Source of the DNA: a virus
Lineage: Duplodnaviria; Caudoviricetes
DNA: 24,823 bases
Virus record (IMG/VR): IMGVR_UViG_3300031647_000054
Coordinates: 1-24,823 of that record
Reading direction: 5' to 3' (one strand)
Shown here piece by piece: positions 15,056 to 23,619 of this stretch. The notes beneath the pieces were generated by a model that saw only the letters and a list, made by a program, of their open reading frames with translations, did no database searches and was not told the origin of the DNA. Positions within the stretch are counted from its first letter, which is position 1; each line of letters begins with the position of its first letter. The position numbers and the translations under genes were made by a program.

Positions 15056-15103
15056 CTTCGCAATTAGGTCTAGTGTACTTTTAATTAATAAGGAATAAAA
15101 TCC

Positions 15104-15514
15104 ATGCAAAATACTAATCAAGCAATTAAGATCCAAGCCGTAGCTTACTGGTTCTCTTTCCTAGAGAAGAATGAGATGTCCGATAAGTATCAAGTTGATG
15201 TAAGTCAGCTATCTGAAACTCAAGTAGATCGCTTGGAAGGTCTAGGTATTAATGTTAAGAACAAAGGTGATGACAGAGGTTACTTCGTAACTGCTAAGTC
15301 TACCAATCGTGCTCCTCGTGTAGAAGATACTGAAGGGTTCGCAGTGACTGAGCCTGTAGGTAATGGCAGTAAGGTTACGTTCATCATTAAGCCTTATGAT
15401 TATAACTTCAAAGGTAAGACAGGTGTTGGTGTTGGTTTATCCAAGGCTCGTGTTGATGATCTAGTAGTCTTCAATAAAGAAGATGCTGGCTTCGATGATG
15501 TACCTGAGTTATAA
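15104..15514 (+). CDS. Single-stranded DNA-binding protein (T7 gp2.5-like)
   Basis: 136 aa; KYQVD, VGNGSKV, GVGVGL, acidic C-terminal tail; lies between polymerase and exonuclease. Confidence 0.72.
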   Translation: MQNTNQAIKIQAVAYWFSFLEKNEMSDKYQVDVSQLSETQVDRLEGLGINVKNKGDDRGYFVTAKSTNRAPRVEDTEGFAVTEPVGNGSKVTFIIKPYDYNFKGKTGVGVGLSKARVDDLVVFNKEDAGFDDVPEL

Positions 15515-16243
15515 ATGTTAATTCTCATAGACGCTGATATCTTTTGTTATCGTATCGGCTTCGCCTGTGAGGAGGAGAGTGAGTCAGTTGCTTGTAAGAC
15601 TATGAGTAACTACCTCACTAACATCATTGAAGATTTGGTGATGGACTCTGACGATGAAGAACATGAGGTTGAACTGTACCTAACTGGTTCAGATAACTTC
15701 CGCTTCGATTACGCTGTTACTGCAGAGTACAAAGGTAATCGTAAGAAGAATAAGAAACCTCAACACATCTCTGCGCTGCGTGATCATTTGATTGCCCAGC
15801 ATGGAGCTGTAGTTACTCAAGGTGAAGAGACAGATGACAGGATAGCGATCCGAGCTACACAAGAACCAGAAGCAATAATCGTTTCTTTAGATAAGGACTT
15901 TTACCAACTGGTGTGTGGACATTACAACTTTGTTAAGAAGAAACTCTTTTATATTACTAAAGAAGAAGCTGTGTTTAATTTCTATATGCAGTTCTTAGTT
16001 GGTGATACTGCTGATAACATCATGGGTGTTAAAGGTATTGGCCCTAAGAAAGCTGAGAAGCTTTTAGAAGGTAAGACTGAGTTAGAAATGTATGCTATCT
16101 GTGTAGATAAACTTGGAAGCGAAGAACGCGCTCTTGAAAATGGAATACTTCTGCACTTACGTAGGGAGGATAATGAGATATGGCAACCACCAAAACCCGT
16201 AACAACGGACGATGGACAGAAGCAAGACACAAATCATTTATAA
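15515..16243 (+). CDS. 5'-3' exonuclease/RNase H (T7 gp6-like)
   Basis: LIDADIFCY, NFR, YKGNR, EETDD, SLDKD, GDTADNIMGVKGIGPKKA (H3TH). Confidence 0.92.
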   Translation: MLILIDADIFCYRIGFACEEESESVACKTMSNYLTNIIEDLVMDSDDEEHEVELYLTGSDNFRFDYAVTAEYKGNRKKNKKPQHISALRDHLIAQHGAVVTQGEETDDRIAIRATQEPEAIIVSLDKDFYQLVCGHYNFVKKKLFYITKEEAVFNFYMQFLVGDTADNIMGVKGIGPKKAEKLLEGKTELEMYAICVDKLGSEERALENGILLHLRREDNEIWQPPKPVTTDDGQKQDTNHL

Positions 16244-16581
16244 TCTCTGCGTTACGTGGAGCACATAGTAAATGGGGAGTTAAAGCGGATGTTAAAAAAC
16301 TTGCTAGAGTTTCTACAGGGCGGTATGTATGCGCTGAGTGTGGCAATGTTGGCCCAGCTACTCTACCACCTTTGGATGGGCAGAAGCGTAGAAGGAACAA
16401 TGCTGCTGTTGATCACATTGAGCCTGTCGTGGAGCCTGCTGAAGGATTTCAAGATTGGAATACATACATAGAGCGTATGTTCTTAGAGCTAAATGGTTAT
16501 CAAGTCCTGTGTCATGATTGTCATAGCACAAAGACTAAAGAAGAACGAGTAGTACGAACTGAAATGAGGAGAAAGAAATGA
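16180..16581 (+). CDS. HNH endonuclease
   Basis: CAEC...VDHIEPV...QVLCHDCHSTKT; RBS-like GGAGG upstream. Confidence 0.82.
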   Translation: MATTKTRNNGRWTEARHKSFIISALRGAHSKWGVKADVKKLARVSTGRYVCAECGNVGPATLPPLDGQKRRRNNAAVDHIEPVVEPAEGFQDWNTYIERMFLELNGYQVLCHDCHSTKTKEERVVRTEMRRKK

Positions 16582-17375
16582 GACATCTAGTAATACCGGA
16601 TACTCAAATCAAACCTGATAACAACACAGACCATATGACTTGGGCGGGTAAGTATGCAGTTAAAATGAAACCAGATGTTATCATCCATCTTGGTGATCAT
16701 TGGGACATGCCTAGCCTAAGTAGTTATGATGTGGGTACTAAAAGCTTTGAAGGTAGGCGGTACACTAAAGACATTGAAGCAGGTAATGCAGCAATGGATA
16801 AGTTGTTAGCTCCTATTAGACGAGAACAAGAACGTCTGAAAGAGAACAAGAAGAAGCAGTGGAACCCTCGCTTAGTATTCTTATTAGGCAACCATGAGTA
16901 TCGTATCATACGTGCTATCGAAAGTGATCCTAAGATAGATGGACTCATTAGTTATAATGATTTCAATCTAAACGGATGGGAAGTGCAAGACTTCTTAGAC
17001 CCTATTGTTATTGATGGTGTTGCCTACAGTCACTACTTCACTTCAGGTGTGATGGGTAGACCAGTATCCTCTGCTAAGTTACTTCTACATAAGAAGTATA
17101 TGAGCTGTGTGATGGGGCATGTGCAGGATCGTGACATTGCTTATGCTCGGAGAGCTGATGGTAAGAACATGACTGGTTTGTTTGCTGGTATCTACTATCA
17201 ACATGACGAAGCCTATCTGAATCCACAGACGAATGGTTCTTGGTCAGGGTTATGGGTATTCAACAGTGTTGAAGATGGTAGCTTTGATGAACTCCCTGTA
17301 TCAATGGACTACCTACGGAGGACTTATGGCGCTAACTCTGGAAGAACTGAAAGGACGCTTAAGGCAGTTGGATGA
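16578..17375 (+). CDS. Calcineurin-like metallophosphoesterase
   Basis: IPDTQ, HLGDHWD, LGNHE, SHY, MGHVQ motifs. Confidence 0.85.
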   Translation: MRHLVIPDTQIKPDNNTDHMTWAGKYAVKMKPDVIIHLGDHWDMPSLSSYDVGTKSFEGRRYTKDIEAGNAAMDKLLAPIRREQERLKENKKKQWNPRLVFLLGNHEYRIIRAIESDPKIDGLISYNDFNLNGWEVQDFLDPIVIDGVAYSHYFTSGVMGRPVSSAKLLLHKKYMSCVMGHVQDRDIAYARRADGKNMTGLFAGIYYQHDEAYLNPQTNGSWSGLWVFNSVEDGSFDELPVSMDYLRRTYGANSGRTERTLKAVG

Positions 17376-17547
17376 AGTGATTCTTGTTGACATCCTACAG
17401 TTGGAGTCAGCAGATATAGTTAATAGATTTGAAGATGTTATCGAAAGAAACTTTCAATCTTTAGAGAGTGAAGTAGAGTCTCCTGAAGATGGACTCTATG
17501 ACGATATGTACCACACTTCAACTTATAATGGAGATTATTATGATTGA
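17326..17547 (+). CDS. Small acidic phage protein
   Basis: Start revised to ATG 17326 (MALTLEELKGRLRQLDEV...DIVNRFED), RBS GGAGG. Confidence 0.7.
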   Translation: MALTLEELKGRLRQLDEVILVDILQLESADIVNRFEDVIERNFQSLESEVESPEDGLYDDMYHTSTYNGDYYD

Positions 17548-17818
17548 TAAAATAGAACCTACATACACCTTTGATAATGACTTTGGTGATATAGAAGAAG
17601 AGCGACCAGCAGCTAGTAAGATGCAGGTAGGAGGTGATCATTATACTAAGTTAGGTATACAGCCTATGGAATACTCTATGGCTAATGACTTGAATGCTTT
17701 ACAACACACAGCAATTAAATACATCACTCGCTATAAGGATAAAGGTAATCCCCTACTGGACTTAGCTAAGGCAGTTCACTGTATTGAAATGCTGATTGAA
17801 CATGAAGTAAACAATTAA
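17540..17818 (+). CDS. DUF3310 / SaV-like protein (T7 gp1.7 nucleotide-kinase-like)
   Basis: QVGGDHY...IQP...AIKYITRYKDKG...DLAKAVHCIEMLIE; start ATG 17540, RBS GGAG. Confidence 0.78.
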   Translation: MIDKIEPTYTFDNDFGDIEEERPAASKMQVGGDHYTKLGIQPMEYSMANDLNALQHTAIKYITRYKDKGNPLLDLAKAVHCIEMLIEHEVNN

Positions 17819-17827
17819 ATAGTCAAG

Positions 17828-17860
17828 CAAAATAAAGGGGACAATTAAGTCCCCTCCTTA
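17828..17860. terminator. Terminator between the convergent arms (possibly bidirectional)
   Basis: Stem AGGGGAC (17836-17842)/GTCCCCT (17849-17855); the left A-tract gives a U-tail on -; weaker tail on +. Confidence 0.7.
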
Positions 17861-20566
17861 TTACATCCCTGTAATTTCTTTCATCTTCTCCTTCTCATAT
17901 CGTTCGATAGCTTTCTCTTTTCCTCCTAATGCCCAAGACTCTATAAGACTACCCACTACTGGGAATGTTTTAATCATGTTTATAGGAGCCTTTGATTCAT
18001 CTAAAGGAACGCCTTTCGCATAACGGTTAACATCCTTAATGATACCAGTGATAGGAGATGTAGGTGGAGTAATTAAACCACCTGTTACAGCCTGCCAATC
18101 ACCCTTCTGAATATCACCAATAGAATAAGCATTAACGAAGAACAATGATGTAAGGTTTTCTAGGACGTTATCAGGTATATCCTCCACATTGAAGTCCTCA
18201 CCAGCCATAACATCCTTCACTTCATCTACTGTTCCACCAGCTATACCTACCATAGCAGCATATCTAAGAGCAGCTAAAGTAGCACCCTTCTTATCGCCAC
18301 TTCTTCCTCGTTTAATAATATCATTATGTAACAAGGTTAACTGCTTAAGACCAAATGATTTCAGAGCATATGCTATCCTGCCATTAGGGTTATCCAAATG
18401 TAGTTTAGGCATTTCAAGTAGAGAGATTGGCTGCGTGTCTGATATCTCATGGAACCTATATAGGTCTGTTAGTTCGTTATCTTTATTGTTCCTTAGACCA
18501 ACGACTAATGCATCGAAGTCATCACCATAAGCTTCACCATACTTCTTCCTTAGTTTCTTAATTCCTGCAGCAGATGATGCTAACTTCCTTCCTTTAATAC
18601 TAGAAGCTTCTAACAAGGTACGCTTACCAAATCTATCTACAGCACGAAACAAACTAGCCTTAAGAACCTTATCTAATAACTTAGTAGTTCCTCCTGTCGT
18701 AGCCATCTCTGCTGATACAGTGTCAATAAGACCACTCTTTTCAAGACGATTACTTTTAAAGTTTAACGCTCCTTTAATCGTAGGCATTACACCATGTAGG
18801 TAGGCAGAAGTACCTAAGTCTTTTATCTGAGTAGCTGCAGACCTTAGCTGTCCTAACGTAGCCATGTAGCCTATGTTTTTCACAGCACTTAATGTACTGT
18901 TCATAGCCTCTTCACCAGCTCCAAAGCGAGTATGGATTAAATCTTTAAGTACTCGTTGACCATTCTCCCCAACCCTACCAGAGCGAACTTCTTCTCCTAA
19001 TGTCCTATAAAGAACAGACTCAGCTTTCTTACCAGCATCTGTTAAGATTCTATCATTGCCTAATAGCTTAGTCTTTTCAAATGCCCTAGTGCTTGATTCA
19101 ACATAATTAAGTAGAGCAGTGTTAGCATCCTCATAGTACTTCATCAACTCTGGAGGGACTTCATCAACTGAACGCTTGGCCTTAGCACCACCTAATACTT
19201 TAGGGTAGGCTTTGTTAACTGCCCTTGCCACAGCCTGAGTAAGTCCTCTCTCAGAAAGATCCTTTAGTTCCTCAACACCCTCTTGCTTCATAGCTCCTTT
19301 AATACCAGTCTCTAAAGCACCTACAGCGTCAGGATTAGCACGACCTAACGCTTCACGTAGCCCATCTAAATCTCTAACCTTACGAGGAAAGTAATTAGCT
19401 ATAGGTTTATATGTGTTACCTACAATCTTTTTAAATTCATGACCATCAGTTTTTAACATCTTATGTAAAGCTTCTGCTTCTTTAGCCCCTCCTTTAGTTA
19501 GTAAAGCTTTAGCAGCATCATAGTCACCATTAATAAGATGATTGTTTACAGTAGTTCTGACTTTCTTTGGATACTTATTAAGCTGAGTTAGAAATGGTTG
19601 TACTAATCCCTTACGTTCACCCATTCGTGAGGCCAACTTCCTTTCATAGTTACGAAGAACTTGAAATACTTTTGGAGACTCTTCTCTAATACGAGATGAT
19701 AATCCTTCAACAAGGTTCTTAGCAATGCTAGCTTTCTTAACAACGTCTTTAATAGCCTTTGCATTTTCAGGAGAAGGTACTTTTACTTTTCGATTAGCAA
19801 GCTTTGACGCAGTCAATACATCTTCGCTCGTTAATGCTAGACGTTCACCAGCTACCTTCATAGCTTCTGGCCCAGACAATCCACTAGCAACATGATGAGA
19901 AACTAAAGAGTCTATGTCATCTAATGCTTTGTTAGCACTTTTAACAGCAGATTTCTGAGCTACTTTACCAACACCTTGACCTGCTTTAATGAAAGCATAG
20001 CCGAGAACAGGGGCAGCAACAGCGCCACCTAATGCATGTAGACCTGCCTCTAAAGGATCAACACTACCTTTCTCAAGAAGCTGGTCAGTAGCAGAGAAGG
20101 TACCGCCTAAGCCACCGCCTATAACAGCCATGCCTTTGTAAGTAGCACCCACAGGTAAAGCAGATGTAGGATCTAAAACCATACCTACAATGTTACCAAA
20201 AGTACTACCTTCAACATCACTATACTCAGCTTCAATCTGATCAGCACGTTGATTTTTGATCATCTCTCTACGTTCATCAAAAGAAGCATCAGCAAATCCA
20301 CTACCATACTTCTCATCTAATGATGTAAATCCTAGACCGTAACCATCCTCATCACGATAAGTAACATCACCACCTATACCTGTATAGGCAGTAGCAATGT
20401 CACTGATTTGTTGGCTAAGACCAGCCTCCTCTACAAAGCCCTTAGCAAAGGAAGTTTCTTTCTCGGCAGGGTCTTCTTGCTTAACTTGAGTTAAGTCATT
20501 CCAAGAGGGTAACGAAGAAGCTACAGTTTGTTGTTGTGATAACTCATCCCAAGTAGGAGTAGTCAT
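17861..20566 (-). CDS. Large internal virion (DNA ejection) protein
   Basis: 901 aa, Ala/Gly/Lys-rich and helical, NYFPR motif; last of three genes after the tail genes, as for podovirus ejection proteins. Confidence 0.62.
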   Translation of the reverse strand: MTTPTWDELSQQQTVASSLPSWNDLTQVKQEDPAEKETSFAKGFVEEAGLSQQISDIATAYTGIGGDVTYRDEDGYGLGFTSLDEKYGSGFADASFDERREMIKNQRADQIEAEYSDVEGSTFGNIVGMVLDPTSALPVGATYKGMAVIGGGLGGTFSATDQLLEKGSVDPLEAGLHALGGAVAAPVLGYAFIKAGQGVGKVAQKSAVKSANKALDDIDSLVSHHVASGLSGPEAMKVAGERLALTSEDVLTASKLANRKVKVPSPENAKAIKDVVKKASIAKNLVEGLSSRIREESPKVFQVLRNYERKLASRMGERKGLVQPFLTQLNKYPKKVRTTVNNHLINGDYDAAKALLTKGGAKEAEALHKMLKTDGHEFKKIVGNTYKPIANYFPRKVRDLDGLREALGRANPDAVGALETGIKGAMKQEGVEELKDLSERGLTQAVARAVNKAYPKVLGGAKAKRSVDEVPPELMKYYEDANTALLNYVESSTRAFEKTKLLGNDRILTDAGKKAESVLYRTLGEEVRSGRVGENGQRVLKDLIHTRFGAGEEAMNSTLSAVKNIGYMATLGQLRSAATQIKDLGTSAYLHGVMPTIKGALNFKSNRLEKSGLIDTVSAEMATTGGTTKLLDKVLKASLFRAVDRFGKRTLLEASSIKGRKLASSAAGIKKLRKKYGEAYGDDFDALVVGLRNNKDNELTDLYRFHEISDTQPISLLEMPKLHLDNPNGRIAYALKSFGLKQLTLLHNDIIKRGRSGDKKGATLAALRYAAMVGIAGGTVDEVKDVMAGEDFNVEDIPDNVLENLTSLFFVNAYSIGDIQKGDWQAVTGGLITPPTSPITGIIKDVNRYAKGVPLDESKAPINMIKTFPVVGSLIESWALGGKEKAIERYEKEKMKEITGM

Positions 20567-20579
20567 ATACTCTATCTCC

Positions 20580-21446
20580 TTACAGCTCTATGATTGGCTT
20601 GTTTTTGTCTGTTGCGTGACGACCATACTTTTTCCCATTGTGGATAACAACTTCGTAACCATTAGGAAGTCCAGCAGGGGTTGTAGATGCTACTTCAGTT
20701 GGAGTAAATGTTTTTGATGTACCAATTAAGTCATCATTTGTTACAATCATGGACTCTGCTTCACCCATTGCTTGAACTTCAGCAATGTTAGCCTCAATAC
20801 CTTTAGCCTCTAATTGCTTTGTTCTATTAGCTACCCAACGTGCAGCAGCATTTAAGTCCATACGATCTAAACCACTATCAATAATACCATCACCCCATCC
20901 TGCTTTATCCATAGCATAAAGAGCTGTCTCAATATTCTCTTTAGTTATGTTTGCAGCTTTAGGGGTGTTAACTTTAGCTTGAGCATCTTCAGGTAATGGA
21001 ACCCATGCATCGTTTTGACGCATAGCAGGTACGCCATTAACTAAAGCACCCTGAACTTCAGAGCCGTCTCCAAGAACATAAGTCTTAAACCCTGTAACTT
21101 TAGGAGCTACATTAGAAGCAGCTTCCATATCACGAGCCTCTGAATGTAAAGCCATAGCCTGAGCATAATCACCACTCACCATTAACTTCTGAGCAGCAGC
21201 ACGTAAACCAGCAACAGTGGTTAGGTCAGCACCTGACATACTATCTTTCACACTCTGAGCCTGTGCCATCTCTGGAGTCTGTAATCCAAACATGTTGTTA
21301 ACACTCTGGCCTACTAAGGCACCACCTGCTGCACCTGCAGCGAAGTAGGGGTTCATAGCAGCTGCCTGTGACACTGCCTTGTTCGTTCTATTCTGTTGTA
21401 TTGTATTCGGATCTAAACCAAATAAACTCATTACATCACTAGCCAT
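20580..21446 (-). CDS. Probable internal virion protein
   Basis: 288 aa, Ala/Gln-rich N-terminus, RBS AGGAG, position in the ejection module. Confidence 0.55.
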   Translation of the reverse strand: MASDVMSLFGLDPNTIQQNRTNKAVSQAAAMNPYFAAGAAGGALVGQSVNNMFGLQTPEMAQAQSVKDSMSGADLTTVAGLRAAAQKLMVSGDYAQAMALHSEARDMEAASNVAPKVTGFKTYVLGDGSEVQGALVNGVPAMRQNDAWVPLPEDAQAKVNTPKAANITKENIETALYAMDKAGWGDGIIDSGLDRMDLNAAARWVANRTKQLEAKGIEANIAEVQAMGEAESMIVTNDDLIGTSKTFTPTEVASTTPAGLPNGYEVVIHNGKKYGRHATDKNKPIIEL

Positions 21447-21461
21447 AATATTCTCCTAGCC

Positions 21462-22370
21462 TTACGGCATAACCATATCATTATTAAACTGACCAAGTCC
21501 AAACATGCCACTAGTATTGCCTAATGAAGTAGTCATAGGAGCTACACCTCCCTGAGAAGAACGAATATTACTTTGTAGATTAGACCAATCAATACCACCT
21601 ATAGCATTGCCAATACCAGTGTAACCACCTGATGTCGCCATGCCTGCATTCTGAGTATTTCCTGCAGCACCTGACATACCTGATACTAAGTTACTACCTG
21701 CAGCATTAGCAGCATTAGCAGCATAGTTACCGAGCATACCGCCCAACTCTTGTTGCTGTAGTCCCATATTATCAAGACCTTGAGAAGAATTTAACATGCT
21801 TTGACCAATACCAATATCGGTCTGTCGCTGCTGTTGTGCTCTATCAAATGCATTGTAACGATCTGCTGCATCCTGTTGTGCGAATGCTTGAGCAAAGCCA
21901 TAGCCTTGAGGAGACATCATACCACCTCCACCAGCACCTAAACTCTCAGCGCCCATACGAAGACCACTAGAGCCAGTACCGAACATACTCTCACCTAGCT
22001 TCATAGCCTCTGCATTACGAGCGCCAGCACCTAGTTCACGTTGCTGATTATAGAACTGATCTGCTAGTTGACCATAGTCTCCTTGAGCAGCTCCAAAGGC
22101 TTGTTGTCCTAGACCTAACATCTGATCTTTTTGACCCTGATAACGAGGGTCTAATGAGAATGATGATTGACCATCTTCAAAAGAAGCAGTACCTAAGCCA
22201 GAAGTTACTCCGTAGGGCTTATACATACCACCTGCATAAGCTGTTTTTGCAGCGTCTTGTTGTAGTTTTGAAGCTTCCCTAGAACCACTAGCAGCAGCAT
22301 TAGCTCCAGCTCCTCCAAACAACCCTGAAATTAATGATGGTGCAACTGCACTGATTATTGATCCTAACAT
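21462..22370 (-). CDS. Probable internal virion/pilot protein (T7 gp14/P22 gp7-like)
   Basis: 302 aa, very Gly/Ala/Gln/Ser-rich, hydrophobic N-terminus MLGSIISAVAPSLISGLFGG. Confidence 0.62.
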   Translation of the reverse strand: MLGSIISAVAPSLISGLFGGAGANAAASGSREASKLQQDAAKTAYAGGMYKPYGVTSGLGTASFEDGQSSFSLDPRYQGQKDQMLGLGQQAFGAAQGDYGQLADQFYNQQRELGAGARNAEAMKLGESMFGTGSSGLRMGAESLGAGGGGMMSPQGYGFAQAFAQQDAADRYNAFDRAQQQRQTDIGIGQSMLNSSQGLDNMGLQQQELGGMLGNYAANAANAAGSNLVSGMSGAAGNTQNAGMATSGGYTGIGNAIGGIDWSNLQSNIRSSQGGVAPMTTSLGNTSGMFGLGQFNNDMVMP

Positions 22371-22397
22371 ATAATTGTTCCTTGTCCTGTCTTAAAT

Positions 22398-23234
22398 TTA
22401 TGAGATAGTAAATGAGCTTGGGTTATAGTAGGGAGCACCTGCTGCACCACCACTTCCTACACCTGTTTTTCGAGATACAGAGCTAGGAGTAAATCCACCA
22501 GCAGCTCCAATAACCCCTATGGCTCCACCATCACCACCAGCACCACCGTAGAAGAGTCCCTCTCCATGAGCTGCTCTTGCTCCATAGCCCCCAGCTCCTC
22601 CAGTAGTTAAGGTTGCTATAGCTCCTGATGCTGCGTTATAACTACTACTGCCATTAGCTGTTTTACCAGCACCACCAGTGCCGTAAGGAGCACCACCGCC
22701 ACCACCGCCACCACCAGCATGTCTGTAAATATAAGTACCTTCGCCACCACCTGCACCACCACCTCCGCCAAGTATACTTCCATTATTGATGATGGTAATA
22801 TTACTTTCTATGTGGATGGCAGACCCTCCAGAAAAACCATCTTGAGGGGCAATCATACTTGATGGGTATTGATAACCACCTGCACCACCCTTACCACCAT
22901 GACCATATATTAGACCATGATTCTCTATAGTGATTTTAGCAGAGTGGCTAGTGCCTGTTTTAAGTGCATACGTAGTAGTAGAAGACGCAACTAAGGTAGC
23001 TCCACTCGGAACAACAACACGTACATTATGATACCTATCTAAACTAAGAGCATCTAAATCAACATTAGTATGCTGAGTGGCTGAGAAGGTAAACACAGAT
23101 TCATATTCATAAGTAGGTTTCCAAGAGTTGCCTTGTTTAGCATAAGCTTTCTTAACTCTTGTCCACGTACCATTTAATTTAACTTTAGGCTCTGCATTAG
23201 TCCAAGCCCCAGAGACTTTAACTTTAGTACTCAA
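22398..23234 (-). CDS. Glycine-rich receptor-binding adhesin (T2/S16 gp38-like)
   Basis: ITIENHGLIYGHGGKGG, IINNGSILGGGGGAGGG and several polyglycine runs; probable TTG start at 23234 with GGAG RBS, overlapping the fibre stop. Confidence 0.68.
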   Translation of the reverse strand: MSTKVKVSGAWTNAEPKVKLNGTWTRVKKAYAKQGNSWKPTYEYESVFTFSATQHTNVDLDALSLDRYHNVRVVVPSGATLVASSTTTYALKTGTSHSAKITIENHGLIYGHGGKGGAGGYQYPSSMIAPQDGFSGGSAIHIESNITIINNGSILGGGGGAGGGEGTYIYRHAGGGGGGGGAPYGTGGAGKTANGSSSYNAASGAIATLTTGGAGGYGARAAHGEGLFYGGAGGDGGAIGVIGAAGGFTPSSVSRKTGVGSGGAAGAPYYNPSSFTIS

Positions 23235-23619
23235 ACCAGATGTCTCCGTTATTACCCTCGGATATAGGAGCATCATTGTCGATATAAATAGTTCTTCCTA
23301 TAAGACCTGCTGCGCCATCAATCACAACAGAGTTAACACCTGAGTCAGGGATAGCAGCAATGGCAGCAAGAGCACCTGCAGTAGAAGTAGTAACAAAAGC
23401 TGTTGTAGCTATCTGTGTACTAGATGCGCCAGATGAAGCAGTAGGAGCAACAGGCATTCCAGTTAAAGAAGTATTATTAGTATTAGCTTTAGTGGCTATT
23501 GCAACTGCTAGTGAATTAAATTCATCATCTATCTCTGCACCTTTAACTCGCTTGAGGGCGTTACCTGTAGGTAAGTTATCTTTAGTAGCAAAGTTTGTGG
23601 ACTTTGTATAATTACTCAT
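23224..23619 (-). CDS. Short tail fibre / adhesin carrier protein
   Basis: N-terminal MSNYTKSTNF...EIDDEFNSLAVAIATK; fibre repeat LTG.P.APTA...TQIATTAFV; C-terminal P...G.NGDIWFEY. Confidence 0.68.
   Translation of the reverse strand: MSNYTKSTNFATKDNLPTGNALKRVKGAEIDDEFNSLAVAIATKANTNNTSLTGMPVAPTASSGASSTQIATTAFVTTSTAGALAAIAAIPDSGVNSVVIDGAAGLIGRTIYIDNDAPISEGNNGDIWFEY

Noticed and set aside
16180-16581. HNH gene as a mobile homing element or intron
   Set aside because: It does not interrupt a gene, and it occupies the usual endonuclease position after the exonuclease.
7783-17641. Antisense and nested ORFs in the early/replication arm (7783, 8953, 9351, 10317, 11427, 11897, 12189, 13337, 14648, 15982, 16095, 16256, 16724, 17438)
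   Set aside because: They overlap stronger, translationally coupled + strand genes and have the composition of shadow frames.
17814-17826. 13-mer ATTAAATAGTCAA shared with 7037-7049 (TTGACT on -)
   Set aside because: No acceptable -10 at the correct spacing in either copy. A single AT-rich 13-mer match can arise by chance.
23224-23234. Programmed frameshift fusing fibre and adhesin
   Set aside because: No clear slippery heptamer. A TTG start with a GGAG SD explains the overlap more simply.
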